A DNA stretch of 64,000 nucleotides from a virus. The stretch is taken from IMG/VR virus record IMGVR_UViG_3300043811_000226. One strand, written 5' to 3'. The position numbers and the translations under genes are program-made. Shown here in pieces: positions 16,121-25,467 of this stretch. Below the pieces are notes generated by a model. That model ran no database searches and was not told the DNA's origin. It saw only the letters and a program-made list of their open reading frames with translations. How positions within the stretch are numbered: position 1 is the first letter of the stretch; each line of letters opens with the position of its first letter.

Positions 16121-19100
16121 CTATTCGTCGCTAGGCTTGCCTCGACGGATGTAGATGGGTGCGTTGTCGCTGCTGTCCGACGAGGGCTGCGGGGCTACTT
16201 GGAGTGCTGGTATAGTCGTTATTGGGGCGGGCTTGCCAACGACGCGCGCCGAGACAGGCAACGTACTCGGAACGGCCGGAAGTACCAGAGGCCCAAGCTG
16301 TCCTGGAAGGAGTATGACAGGCGGTGGTGGTGGCGGCCCTGGGGGCGCCGGCGTGATCACGAGGAAGTAACTACCTACCCCCCAATCGTCGAAGATGCCC
16401 GCACCGAGCTCATAGTGCGGCGCCACAAAGGGCTGCGTACTGCCTTCGCCTGAAGCTACACCCGCAGGCGTCAAAAGCAGGGAGAGAGAAGATGTCGGCA
16501 GCGCTTCACCAGAGGAAACTCCCGCAGGCGTCAAGCTCAATGTGAGAACCGGGCGCGTCTGACCTTCTGCTCCTTCAATGCCTGCAACGAAGAACACGTG
16601 TGAGACTTCAGCAGGAGACAACACCTCCGCACTCGAGAGACCTGTGAGCGTAAAGGTGCTGCTCAACGTCTCGGCTCCGACGGCGCCTTCTCCTGTACCT
16701 GCAGGAGTAAGAACAAGGGCCACATCGCCAGCACCCACGTGTTCCTCCGACGCAACGCCGGGCAGCGTCGTAGTGAGCGTAGAAGTCTCGGGGGATAGGA
16801 CTTCACCTGAAACAACACCGGTCAGCTTCCCTGTGGACGATGCAGTCGTACTTCCCACATCTCCACCGACGACTCCTGCAGCCGAAACAACAGGGCCGAC
16901 CACAGGCCTGCCGACAGCTTCACCTGATGCAAGTCCTGGCAAGGTCGTCGTCTGTGTAGAAGTTGTGGGAGAAGTAGCCTCCGACGATTCAATGCCAGCC
17001 GGCGTTGCTGCAAACGAGATACGAGGAGAACCCAGGGCCTCGCTCGAGGCAACGCCTGACATTGTCACGATGATGCCAGTCTCCATGGCACCCTTGCCCA
17101 CCTGCTCGTCGGACGGGACACCGGGAACGGTCGCAGTGAAGGAACTCGTTGGGGGAGACACGGCTTCGTCGCTCACGATGCCAGCAAGCTGAGAGACAAC
17201 TGCGTGGACGACCCCGTGTCCCACCTGGTCGTCGCCGAGCGCACCCGGAGCCGTCGCGCCGAGGGTCGTCGAGGCGGGGCCCTCCTGCTCGTCGCTGGCG
17301 GCCCCCGAGAGGGTCCACGAGAGGTTCGTCGTCTCCCTCCCGAGCGCCTCGCCGGAGGCCACTCCGGAGGGGGCCAGGACCGCCGTAGCGGTCTCGGTGC
17401 CGACCGACCCCCCGTCGATGCCCGCCGCCGTCGTCCCGGACGTCGTGGAGGCCCCCGGGAGCCCCTCCGCACCCTCCACGCCGGTCAGGATCGAGGTGGC
17501 GCTCATCGTCTCGGGCGATAGCGTCTCGCCGCTCGGAACGCCGGCGGGGCCCACGGTGGGGCCGACCGCCGCGGGGCCCGCCTGCTCGTCGGAGGGCAGT
17601 CCCGCCAGGGTGCTCGTCTGCGAAGACGTCTCGGGCCCCACGTCGCCGCCGTCGATCCCGGATCCCGACAGGACCGCCGCCGTAGTCTCCGCACCCACAC
17701 CCTCGCCCGACGGGACGCCCGCGATCGAGAGGTCCATCATCGTCGACGCCGGAGGAGACGCCTCGCCGCTGTCGACCCCCGCGAGGGTGGACGTGGTCGA
17801 GGACGTCTCGCTCCCGACACCGTCGTCGTAGACCCCGACCATGGTCCCCGCGACGACCTCGATGACCTCGGATCCGAGCGCCTCGCCGGAGCCGATGCCT
17901 GGGACCGCTAGCGTCGAGGTGATCGTCTCCTCGCCGACCACTTCTGCAGGTGGGACTCCCGCCGGCGCGACCACCGAGCTCACATTCGGAGGACTCATCA
18001 CCTCATCCGAGGCAGCACCTGGTTGCGAGAGATCTAGGGTGACGAGCGCACCCGCCGCCTGTCCTTCCTCTCCCGGAACGCCAGCGAGAGTGCTCGCGAT
18101 AGAGAGCGTCTCCGGACTCAGCGCCTCCGCAGAGGTGACGCCGGCAGCAGATACGCTCGGACCAACCGAGGCCGGCGGCAGAGCCTCGCCGCTCGTCAGA
18201 CCCGGAACGGTGAAGGTCGACGTCTCGGTGACGGACCCCGCCTGCTCCGCCGAGGGCACCCCAGCGGGGGACGGAGACGGACCCACGTTCTCCGCGCCGA
18301 CCGACTCGGCCGAGTGGACTCCAGCGACAGAGACGCTCGGTCCGACGTTTCCTGGTCCCACTTCCCCACCCGCGACCCCGGCAGGTCCAAGACCCATCGT
18401 CGTCGACGCAGGTCCGAGAACCTCCGCAGAGTCCACCCCCGAAGGAGACAGAGCGGGACCAACGTTCGCCGAGCCGACAGTCTCCGCCGAGTGGGCGCCC
18501 GCCGTGGAGACGTTAGGCCCGACGTTGCACGAGCCGTCCCCCTCGCCGCTCGCGACGCCAGAGGGACCGAGTCCGAGCGTCGTCGAGGCGGGACCGAGAA
18601 CCTCCGCCGAGTCGATGCCCGTCAGGATGTTCGCCGCCGCCGCGGCCTTCACCGTGGGCTGCGTCGAGCCCTCCTCACTCGAGATCCCGGCGCCCTTCGT
18701 CGCGACGGTCGTCGTGGGCGCGCCGACGGTCTCGGCGCTGTGCACCCCTGAAGGCGCCAGTCCCAGCGTAATCAGGCGCACCGACGCGGGCGACTGTACC
18801 GCGAGGATCACCTGCACCCAGGTGGCACCCGGGCTGATCGGCGTCGTGGCCGTCTTCACCGTGCCCGCGATCGGCGCTGACTGCGTCTCGAGCATCGAGC
18901 CATAGCCTGTGACGCTGTTCGAGTCGGGGCTCCACCCAGCGCCGGCTCCCGTGGCGTTCGAGTAATTGAAGCAGTAGCCGAAGAGCAGCTCGTTGGGGGC
19001 TGCGGTGGTCGCAGGGCCAGCGGACGCGAGGCTGCTGTTGCCGCTGCCGAAGAGCACCGTGGGAGCGTCGATCATCGTGGCGGACTGCCCGCTCACCTCG

Positions 19101-19846
19101 ACCACGTAGACCTCGGGCGCCGCGACGCCGCCGCCCCACGTGGCCTTTACCTTGTTGCCGGCGGCCCAGCGGTTGATCGATGCGCACTTGTAGACGGAGA
19201 CCGATATGTTGTCGGTGCCGGGCGAGTACGTCGTCGATCCGACGAGCGTGTAGACGTTGCCGGCGTCGTCGGTGGGCGCGCCGGTCAGCACGTTCGTCGT
19301 GTCGCCCCAGCCGATGAAGACGAGGTTGCCGTTGCCGAGCGTCTGGGCCAGCGCAAAGGTCGCCGTGACCGAGCTTGGCGCGCCGTCGGTCACCGCCGTC
19401 TGCACGACGGCCGGCACGACTGGCGGCACGGGGGCGGTGCCCCCCTCGTAGGAGTGCAGACCCGCAGGCAACGGCGCCGGGCCCACGTTCGACGGCCCCA
19501 CCTGCTCGCTCGAGTGGAGACCGGGCAGCGTCGTCGTGAGTGTGGAGGTGACGGGGCTCTCGGCCCCGCCCGAAGTGAGTCCGGGGAGCGTGCCGATGTG
19601 GTCCGCGATCGTGTCCGCTCCGACCTGCTCGGCGGAGGGGACGCCTGGGACCGAGAGGGCGACCGTCGTCGTCTGCGCCCCCAGGACCTCGTCCGAGGCG
19701 CTCCCCGGGATGGTCGCGTTCCCGACGGCCATCACGGTCGGCTCGGTCGCTCCCTCGTCCGACGGGATTCCCGCCGGGGCTACGAAGACGGTCGGACCGA
19801 TCTCCGCGACCGAGAAGCTCGCGATGGAGTTGTCCGCGATGGGCAC
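16121..19846 (-). CDS. Large virion-associated repeat protein (~46 x ~20-aa G[VIL]xSxExxG repeats with one ~200-aa inserted beta domain)
   Basis: Repeats counted by eye in the translation; Pro-rich C-terminus; position in tail module. Start GTG 19846 or 19894. Confidence 0.8.
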   Translation of the reverse strand: MPIADNSIASFSVAEIGPTVFVAPAGIPSDEGATEPTVMAVGNATIPGSASDEVLGAQTTTVALSVPGVPSAEQVGADTIADHIGTLPGLTSGGAESPVTSTLTTTLPGLHSSEQVGPSNVGPAPLPAGLHSYEGGTAPVPPVVPAVVQTAVTDGAPSSVTATFALAQTLGNGNLVFIGWGDTTNVLTGAPTDDAGNVYTLVGSTTYSPGTDNISVSVYKCASINRWAAGNKVKATWGGGVAAPEVYVVEVSGQSATMIDAPTVLFGSGNSSLASAGPATTAAPNELLFGYCFNYSNATGAGAGWSPDSNSVTGYGSMLETQSAPIAGTVKTATTPISPGATWVQVILAVQSPASVRLITLGLAPSGVHSAETVGAPTTTVATKGAGISSEEGSTQPTVKAAAAANILTGIDSAEVLGPASTTLGLGPSGVASGEGDGSCNVGPNVSTAGAHSAETVGSANVGPALSPSGVDSAEVLGPASTTMGLGPAGVAGGEVGPGNVGPSVSVAGVHSAESVGAENVGPSPSPAGVPSAEQAGSVTETSTFTVPGLTSGEALPPASVGPSVSAAGVTSAEALSPETLSIASTLAGVPGEEGQAAGALVTLDLSQPGAASDEVMSPPNVSSVVAPAGVPPAEVVGEETITSTLAVPGIGSGEALGSEVIEVVAGTMVGVYDDGVGSETSSTTSTLAGVDSGEASPPASTMMDLSIAGVPSGEGVGAETTAAVLSGSGIDGGDVGPETSSQTSTLAGLPSDEQAGPAAVGPTVGPAGVPSGETLSPETMSATSILTGVEGAEGLPGASTTSGTTAAGIDGGSVGTETATAVLAPSGVASGEALGRETTNLSWTLSGAASDEQEGPASTTLGATAPGALGDDQVGHGVVHAVVSQLAGIVSDEAVSPPTSSFTATVPGVPSDEQVGKGAMETGIIVTMSGVASSEALGSPRISFAATPAGIESSEATSPTTSTQTTTLPGLASGEAVGRPVVGPVVSAAGVVGGDVGSTTASSTGKLTGVVSGEVLSPETSTLTTTLPGVASEEHVGAGDVALVLTPAGTGEGAVGAETLSSTFTLTGLSSAEVLSPAEVSHVFFVAGIEGAEGQTRPVLTLSLTPAGVSSGEALPTSSLSLLLTPAGVASGEGSTQPFVAPHYELGAGIFDDWGVGSYFLVITPAPPGPPPPPPVILLPGQLGPLVLPAVPSTLPVSARVVGKPAPITTIPALQVAPQPSSDSSDNAPIYIRRGKPSDE
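16300..19780 (-). repeat. Degenerate ~60-bp coding tandem repeat array
   Basis: Protein-level periodicity of ~20 aa (e.g. GVDSAEVLGPASTT, GVPSGE, GVASGE); coordinates approximate. Confidence 0.85.
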
Positions 19847-19850
19847 GCGG

Positions 19851-20996
19851 TCACCACCACGCGATGTAGAGGAACCCGTTCCCTCCGGCGCCACCAGGAC
19901 CGAACGTCACGCCGGCCCCGCCCCCCCCCCCGCCGCAGCCCCAGGATCCGTTGCCGCCCGTACCACCCGTACCCGCCGTCGCGCACGCGCCGCCCCCCGT
20001 ACCGCCCCACATGAAGAACGGGTGTCCACGATCCCCGAAGAGAAACGATCCCGTGTGGCCCGCTCCTCCTGGACCACCCGCTACCCCGGTCCCGCCGGGC
20101 ACCGTCGCAGGGTAGTTGCTTCCCACGCCCGTCAGCGCGCCACCGGCGCCGACCGAGTTGCTCGAGCTGGCCGCGCCGCCGCCCGTGCCCGCGTTGGTAA
20201 AGGCGCCCGTCGCGCCTAGCGTAAGGGCGCTGCCCGCGACGGTGCCCGCCGCGTTTCCCCCGCCGGCCCCCTGCACGCCAGCATTCGCGCTCCACGCCCC
20301 CTTCGGCGAAAAGCTCGTCGAGAGCGTTATGCCACCGCCCCCGCCGCCCGAGGCCGACCCGGAAGCGCCCCCGCCCGTTCCGCCCGAGGCGTTGCTCGCG
20401 GCGCTGATCAGGATGAGCCCACCCACCGACTGCGACGGAGAGTCCGCCACGTACGTCGTCGCGGGCGAGGACCCCGTCGCGCCGCTCGTGGACCCACCCG
20501 CCCCTCCGGCGCCGATCGAGTAGTAGAGCGCCGATGGCAGCATGGTCGCCATGAAGGTGATCGAGGTGACACCGCTAGACCCTCCGCCTCCACCTCCGCC
20601 CTTCGCCGTGCTCGTCGCCGCCGTCAGGCCCGCTCCGCCCCCTCCGCCTCCCCCGCACGCGACCATGTAGACGCTGGACGCCGACTTCGGCTTGACCCAC
20701 GAGTTGTACCAGTTGCTCCCGTTCGGGACCCAGCCAGGGATGAGGACCTCGCGCGCCTTCGGGTTCGGCTTACCGTCGCCGAGCGCCGCCATGATGAACG
20801 GCATGAGGATCGGCGCCTGACCGATCTCGGGGTCCATCGGCGGCATTTCGCCGCGCCCCCAGTGCCACCAGAACTCCTCGTGCTGCCGCGGGATGGGGGC
20901 TCGCGCCAGCGCGACGAGCCGGTCGCGATCCGGCGTCCACAGGCGTCCTCCGCCGTCGTAGCGGTACGCCCTCGCCAGGCTCTCGCGGAGGCGCAT
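19851..20996 (-). CDS. Glycine-rich tail-fibre-like protein
   Basis: VYMVACGGGGGGG and repeated GGxGG motifs ending GGNGFLYIAWW, typical of phage glycine-rich domains. Confidence 0.75.
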   Translation of the reverse strand: MRLRESLARAYRYDGGGRLWTPDRDRLVALARAPIPRQHEEFWWHWGRGEMPPMDPEIGQAPILMPFIMAALGDGKPNPKAREVLIPGWVPNGSNWYNSWVKPKSASSVYMVACGGGGGGGAGLTAATSTAKGGGGGGGSSGVTSITFMATMLPSALYYSIGAGGAGGSTSGATGSSPATTYVADSPSQSVGGLILISAASNASGGTGGGASGSASGGGGGGITLSTSFSPKGAWSANAGVQGAGGGNAAGTVAGSALTLGATGAFTNAGTGGGAASSSNSVGAGGALTGVGSNYPATVPGGTGVAGGPGGAGHTGSFLFGDRGHPFFMWGGTGGGACATAGTGGTGGNGSWGCGGGGGGAGVTFGPGGAGGNGFLYIAWW

Positions 20997-20999
20997 CGG

Positions 21000-21452
21000 T
21001 CAGTAGTCCCTCGCGAAGGCCGTCGCGTCCCACTGCGTGCTCGCGGCCGGCGACGCGCTCTGCTGCACGAGGAGAAACGTTCCGGTCGGGAGTCGCGAGA
21101 ACGGAGGGATCCAGACGACGGGCGTCGTCTGGTTGGTCGCGTGGTCAGCCGACTGCGACGCGCACGACTGCTCGCCGATGAGCTTCGTGTTGCTGCTCGT
21201 CGTCGACCCGCTCGAGACCGTGGAGAGGTAGAAGCGCGCGACGCACGCCTGCGTGCTCGTGGCTGCCGCCGTCGACGTCGGCATCAGGATGACGCCGTCG
21301 AGCTCCGAGTCGTTCGCCCCCGCCGACGTCAGGAGGAACGTGTCGGTGCCGATGGTGCCGCCGCCCTCGGACGAGTTGTTGCCGGCGGTGATGATGGCGG
21401 AGACGACGTTCGCCTTCGCCGCCCACTGCGGCTGCGTGTTGGCGGTGCTCAT
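21000..21452 (-). CDS. Putative minor tail/structural protein
   Basis: S/T/A-rich beta-type 150-aa ORF in the tail operon. Confidence 0.65.
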   Translation of the reverse strand: MSTANTQPQWAAKANVVSAIITAGNNSSEGGGTIGTDTFLLTSAGANDSELDGVILMPTSTAAATSTQACVARFYLSTVSSGSTTSSNTKLIGEQSCASQSADHATNQTTPVVWIPPFSRLPTGTFLLVQQSASPAASTQWDATAFARDY

Positions 21453-21862
21453 TGTTCAACCTTCGGCGCAGCCGCCTCTTCCTTCTCCCTGGCGTAGCGC
21501 ACCCTCTCGGACGCGTTCCACGCGACCGACGCCTCGTAGCGCCCTCGGATCACCGCGACGTCTGGTACACGCTGGAAGGGGTCTCGAGTCGGACCCATCG
21601 ACCAGTGGAACCGCCCGACGAGCGGCTCGAGGAAGCTGATCGACAGCGGGTCGGCGAGGCAGTCCATGAAGACGCCCGACGGGTGGTGCGGTCCAAGTAC
21701 GAGCCCCAGGCCCTCGAGCTCCGCGCGGTCCGAATCCTCCCCGCTCACCCAGCCGTAGAGGTTGCCCACCATGGGCCGGTTGGCCTCTAGCTTCGTGCGC
21801 TCAGCAGCCCAGGCCCGCATCTCCTGCTGCCACTTCTGAACCGCCTCGGTGTTCTCTGCCAC
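21449..21862 (-). CDS. Hypothetical protein (possible fibre assembly chaperone)
   Basis: GTG 21862 preceded by AGGAGG; charged, non-repetitive. Confidence 0.6.
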   Translation of the reverse strand: MAENTEAVQKWQQEMRAWAAERTKLEANRPMVGNLYGWVSGEDSDRAELEGLGLVLGPHHPSGVFMDCLADPLSISFLEPLVGRFHWSMGPTRDPFQRVPDVAVIRGRYEASVAWNASERVRYAREKEEAAAPKVEQ

Positions 21863-21872
21863 GTCCTGCCTC

Positions 21873-22235
21873 CTAGTTGCTCGGGTACTGGTGCGAGGCA
21901 AAGGCCGCCGCGTACGAGTTGTCCCACTCCGTCTCAGCAAGCTTCGCACAGGCGACCGTCGTCGTGGGCCCAGGGAAGTTCACGAGGGCGCCCGAGTTGC
22001 TCGACGAGGTCACGAGCAGACGCTGGAGCGTCGTCCCGCTCAGCGTGTAGAGGCCGATGCCCGTCTCCCAGTTGGTCCCGTCGGAGGCCGAGTAGGCGAC
22101 GACCGACGTCGTGTTCGGGAACGCCGTCGAGAACGGGATCCAGGGTCCGGGAGTGACGGCGCCCGCCAGGGTCCACGTGCCCGTGCCCGTGGTGGCCGTC
22201 GTCTCCTTGACCCAGTCTGCGTAGCGGCCGGGCAC
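21873..22235 (-). CDS. Tail protein, 'VKETTxTTGTGTxTL' N-terminal-type domain
   Basis: ADWVKETTATTGTGTWTLAGA...WETGIGLYT motif common at the N-terminus of phage tail-fibre proteins. Confidence 0.75.
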   Translation of the reverse strand: MPGRYADWVKETTATTGTGTWTLAGAVTPGPWIPFSTAFPNTTSVVAYSASDGTNWETGIGLYTLSGTTLQRLLVTSSSNSGALVNFPGPTTTVACAKLAETEWDNSYAAAFASHQYPSN

Positions 22236-22247
22236 CGCGGCCTCCTC

Positions 22248-23390
22248 CTACAGCTTGTAGATGCCGGTCGGCGTCGTCGGGGCGTAGATGCTCCCGATGT
22301 TGAAGCTGATGTTGCCGCCCGAGGGGGTGACCGGAAGACCGCCACCGAAGTCGCTCATGTCGGCCGTCGACCCCACCGCGACGCCGCCCGCGGCCTGCGA
22401 GGTGATGGTGATCGAGCGGTCACCCTGGTTCGCCGCCGCGTTGAGCGTGCTCGCGTGACCGTCGCTCCAGTGGAACACCGGGGCGCCGCCCGTCGATCCG
22501 TCCCAGAGCTGGGCCTTGAGCGGCTCGACGTAGATGACGGTGTCGGTCGCGACGACCGCCTTGTCGACGACGACGCGCACCTTGCCGTCCTGGAACGCGA
22601 TGAGCTTGTTCGTCGAGTCCGAGCCGCCCGCCGCGTCGTAGAAGCAGATGAACTGCCCAGGGTTACCCGCAGGCACCGTCGTCCAGGTCACGGGGCTCGT
22701 CGCGTTCGCAACGCCGCGGCTCGAGGTCGTTCCGGACACGGTCGGGTCGGTCCCGATGCGCGTGCCGAGGATGTCGACGACGAACTGCGCGAGCGTCAGG
22801 TCTACCGCGTAGCCTCCGCTCGCGTACGCGCCGGAGGTCTGGACCGCGAGACCCTCGAGTGTGTTGAGGTCGAAGGTGTTCGTGGCGACCGATGCGGCGA
22901 GGCCCGTCTGGTTCGCGGACTGGATACCAGCCGACGAGGTGATGCCGCCGCACACAAGCACATCGTTGTTCGAGAAGCCGTGGGTCGCCGACGTGTACAC
23001 AGCCGGGTTCGCGTTCGTGACGTTCGTAATGAGCTTGAGCGAGTTTCCGGTGCTCGCAGTCGCGTCGATCAGGATCGCCTTCTGCGTGTCGCCGGTCCAC
23101 GACAGGGCCTTCGTGTTGAAGCCGTCGCGTCCCTTGTCGAAGAGGTACGCGGCCCCAACGGCCCCGAGCGGCAGGTGGTGCCCGAACTCGACGTGGCGCA
23201 TGCGCGCGCTTCGCAGGATGCGGTCGCGCGTCGTGCTGCTCTTGCGCTTCGCCTCGTGGTGCCGCCGCGCAACGCCCTCGTTGATGTGCCCGCGCATCAG
23301 GGCGTCGATCTCGACGCCGATGAGGCTCACGTCGGCGCGAGCGACGTAGGGACGCCCAACCCTGCGAATCCCGAACGGCAGTGCACTCAT
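22248..23390 (-). CDS. Minor tail protein with inserted FCCH-like beta domain
   Basis: YLFDKGRDGFNTKALSWTGDTQKAILID...LPVTPSGGNISF...GIYKL frame; insert ITNVTNANPAVYTSATHGFSNND. Confidence 0.65.
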   Translation of the reverse strand: MSALPFGIRRVGRPYVARADVSLIGVEIDALMRGHINEGVARRHHEAKRKSSTTRDRILRSARMRHVEFGHHLPLGAVGAAYLFDKGRDGFNTKALSWTGDTQKAILIDATASTGNSLKLITNVTNANPAVYTSATHGFSNNDVLVCGGITSSAGIQSANQTGLAASVATNTFDLNTLEGLAVQTSGAYASGGYAVDLTLAQFVVDILGTRIGTDPTVSGTTSSRGVANATSPVTWTTVPAGNPGQFICFYDAAGGSDSTNKLIAFQDGKVRVVVDKAVVATDTVIYVEPLKAQLWDGSTGGAPVFHWSDGHASTLNAAANQGDRSITITSQAAGGVAVGSTADMSDFGGGLPVTPSGGNISFNIGSIYAPTTPTGIYKL

Positions 23391-23722
23391 CGCGTCATGC
23401 TCCCAGTGAAGGTCCGACCCTTGAGCGCCTCGAGCTCGTCGAGCCGCTTCTTCTCCTGCTCGGCTTTCTCCTCGTCCGTCGCGCCCTCCCCAGAAGACTC
23501 GCCCAGCGTCGCGAGGTCGCGCGCGTGGTAGGACTTGGCAGCCTGGCTCACGGCCGCCTGCGCCATCTCGCAGACCTCCGCCGCCGTCCGCCTCGGGCCG
23601 GTCGTGAACGGGTACGCGTGAACGTTCTTCCCGTCCGCATCCTCGATCACCATGTCGACGTGGATGCCATCCGCGTCATGTACGACCGACCTTACGGTGC
23701 CTTGGAATGGCAGCTTGTACAT
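23387..23722 (-). CDS. Hypothetical protein
   Basis: 111-aa ORF, ATGA overlap with downstream gene. Confidence 0.65.
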   Translation of the reverse strand: MYKLPFQGTVRSVVHDADGIHVDMVIEDADGKNVHAYPFTTGPRRTAAEVCEMAQAAVSQAAKSYHARDLATLGESSGEGATDEEKAEQEKKRLDELEALKGRTFTGSMTR

Positions 23723-23775
23723 GCGAAAAGGCTACCAGCTCCACAGGTGAATTGGCAACGCAGTCACTGGAGGCT

Positions 23776-23798
23776 AAAAAGAGGGCCCGCAGGCCCTC
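23776..23798 (-). terminator. Rho-independent terminator after the thyX cassette
   Basis: GAGGGCC-(4 nt)-GGCCCTC stem followed by T5 on the - strand. Confidence 0.7.
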
Positions 23799-23801
23799 CC
23801 C

Positions 23802-24083
23802 TCACTGGGCCACTACTTCTGCCTGGTGAAGTTCTTCTTCTAGTAAGTCCAGAGCCTTGGAGAGCTTGCCCTTGGACTCACCGTCAAGCTGGCCCACAGC
23901 GCGGGCAACGATGGTTGCAGCCCTGCGGAAGCCTTCTGCGTAGCGCTTGTCGCCCATCTTCTTGATGAGCGTTCTGACCTGGTCGAACGGGTCGGGCTCC
24001 GACGTCTTGGTAGGCGGCGGCTGCAGAGCGCTTGCTGCAAGAAGAGCGTGCCCGACTTGCCCATTCGACTTGGTCTTGTCCAT
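23802..24083 (-). CDS. Hypothetical helical protein
   Basis: 93-aa ORF immediately after thyX. Confidence 0.7.
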   Translation of the reverse strand: MDKTKSNGQVGHALLAASALQPPPTKTSEPDPFDQVRTLIKKMGDKRYAEGFRRAATIVARAVGQLDGESKGKLSKALDLLEEELHQAEVVAQ

Positions 24084-24086
24084 GTT

Positions 24087-24971
24087 CTACTCCTTGTTCG
24101 CCCAGCCTGCGGGAAAGAGGTTCGCCCAACGCTCCCCACAGATGCGCCGCCACTTGCGGGCGAAACGCTGGATCTCGAGGTCGGCGTGGATATTGTCCCG
24201 CTCCTTGACGAACTTCATGATGGCCGCGGGATTTGTTGTCCAGATGAATGACGTCTCCGCCTGGTGCGGCAAGAAGCTCGAGGCGGCCTCGTAGATGCGC
24301 TTCTTGTCGAGGCTCGTCGGCGGCCTGCCGTAGTGCTGATGAAACGCTTCGCACTCCACCTGCACAGCGTCGAGGTAGTGCTCATAGGCCGACTGCATTG
24401 CTCGACGGAAGATGTCCTGCATCAAGCCGCGATGGTGGTCGGTGGCGTATTCGAACGCGGTCGACGTGTATTTTGGTGGCTCGATGAAGTAGCCGTAGTG
24501 GTGGGTGAAGCGGGTCGACTCCTGGCTCGGGTTGCCTTCTTCACTCCGGTCCGCACCGACGTAGTTGCGGATGATCTCGTGGCTAACCCGGCGACTGATG
24601 CCCGCGAAGAAGAAGCTCATCTTCGCGTGGTAGAGAATGCTGGCATGCGGGATGTCGCCTTGCTGCGTATTGGCGATGTACTCGGCGTTGCTCTTCCGCC
24701 CTGCCTTGTCCCCGAAGGAGTCGTAACACTTTCGTCCCGCGAGCTCGACGAGCAGCTCGTTAGCGGTGAGCTCTCGGCCTGTCGCCTCATCGATGCCGCC
24801 GTGCGGGAAGAGCACCATGCCATCCTCGGCACCTTCCGGAATGCACTCTGGACGGTGCTCACGGACCCACTCCAGCATGCCCTCGACGCCCATCATCGAC
24901 AGGCTCATTTCCGCGATGGGAATGATGGTCGGGGCATCGGTGCCCCTCAAAATCGTAACTTTGTTTGCCAT
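24087..24971 (-). CDS. thyX: FAD-dependent thymidylate synthase
   Basis: ELAGRKCYDS, HASILYH, ISRRVSHEIIR...SQESTRF (ThyX motif with insertion), LPHQAET, HADLEI. Confidence 0.9.
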   Translation of the reverse strand: MANKVTILRGTDAPTIIPIAEMSLSMMGVEGMLEWVREHRPECIPEGAEDGMVLFPHGGIDEATGRELTANELLVELAGRKCYDSFGDKAGRKSNAEYIANTQQGDIPHASILYHAKMSFFFAGISRRVSHEIIRNYVGADRSEEGNPSQESTRFTHHYGYFIEPPKYTSTAFEYATDHHRGLMQDIFRRAMQSAYEHYLDAVQVECEAFHQHYGRPPTSLDKKRIYEAASSFLPHQAETSFIWTTNPAAIMKFVKERDNIHADLEIQRFARKWRRICGERWANLFPAGWANKE

Positions 24972-25006
24972 GCTGACCTCCACGTGCGCGTGTCTGCGCC
25001 GTGGCG

Positions 25007-25014
25007 CTTATACC
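25007..25014 (-). promoter_or_regulatory. GGTATAAG motif upstream of thyX
   Basis: Intergenic; context AGGGTATAAGCGCC nearly identical to AGGGCATAAGCGCC at 47661-47675. Confidence 0.5.
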
Positions 25015-25071
25015 CTGCGCACATAGGAACTTCACAACCTACCGCTGGCTCATCGGAAAGAGAAGCCAGTA

Positions 25072-25455
25072 CTACTCGAGGTCGAGTGGAGGTACATCCA
25101 CGTTCCACTTCTTCTTCACGACGAAGGCGACGCTCGAGTAGGTCGACGATGCGAACCAGCCAGTGACCACGCCGAAGATGATGCGCGCGCCGGGTGTACT
25201 CGTGGCCACCTGAGGCAGCGGGTAGAAGACCATGATGCGCGCGAGGAGCGCACCTAGGAGGCACGGCAAGAAGGGAAGAACAAACTCTTCCCACACGCGC
25301 TCCTCCACCGTCAATGGCGTCGACTTCGAGAGAGAAGGCCAGATGGCCTCCACAAGACGGCGCACACCAAAAGAGACGATGACTAGAAAGAGGCTGAACA
25401 ACCCGACTGCGGGTGTCAGTATGTTGGTCAGGTCGGCCAAGAGAGCAGCCTCCAC
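25072..25455 (-). CDS. Membrane protein, holin-like
   Basis: Three hydrophobic segments, basic C-terminus (VVKKKW), follows tailspike gene. Confidence 0.6.
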   Translation of the reverse strand: MEAALLADLTNILTPAVGLFSLFLVIVSFGVRRLVEAIWPSLSKSTPLTVEERVWEEFVLPFLPCLLGALLARIMVFYPLPQVATSTPGARIIFGVVTGWFASSTYSSVAFVVKKKWNVDVPPLDLE

Positions 25456-25467
25456 ACAACCAGTATA

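Noticed and set aside
16121-19846. CRISPR array or DGR template/variable repeat in the repeat region
   Set aside because: Repeats are degenerate at DNA level, in frame and conserved at protein level; no unique spacers, no adenine-specific mismatch pair noticed and no reverse transcriptase in the window.
19851-19931. Frameshift fusion of the Gly-rich fibre to the repeat protein via the G11 tract
   Set aside because: The repeat-protein frame has a TGA at 19907-19909, just downstream of the tract.
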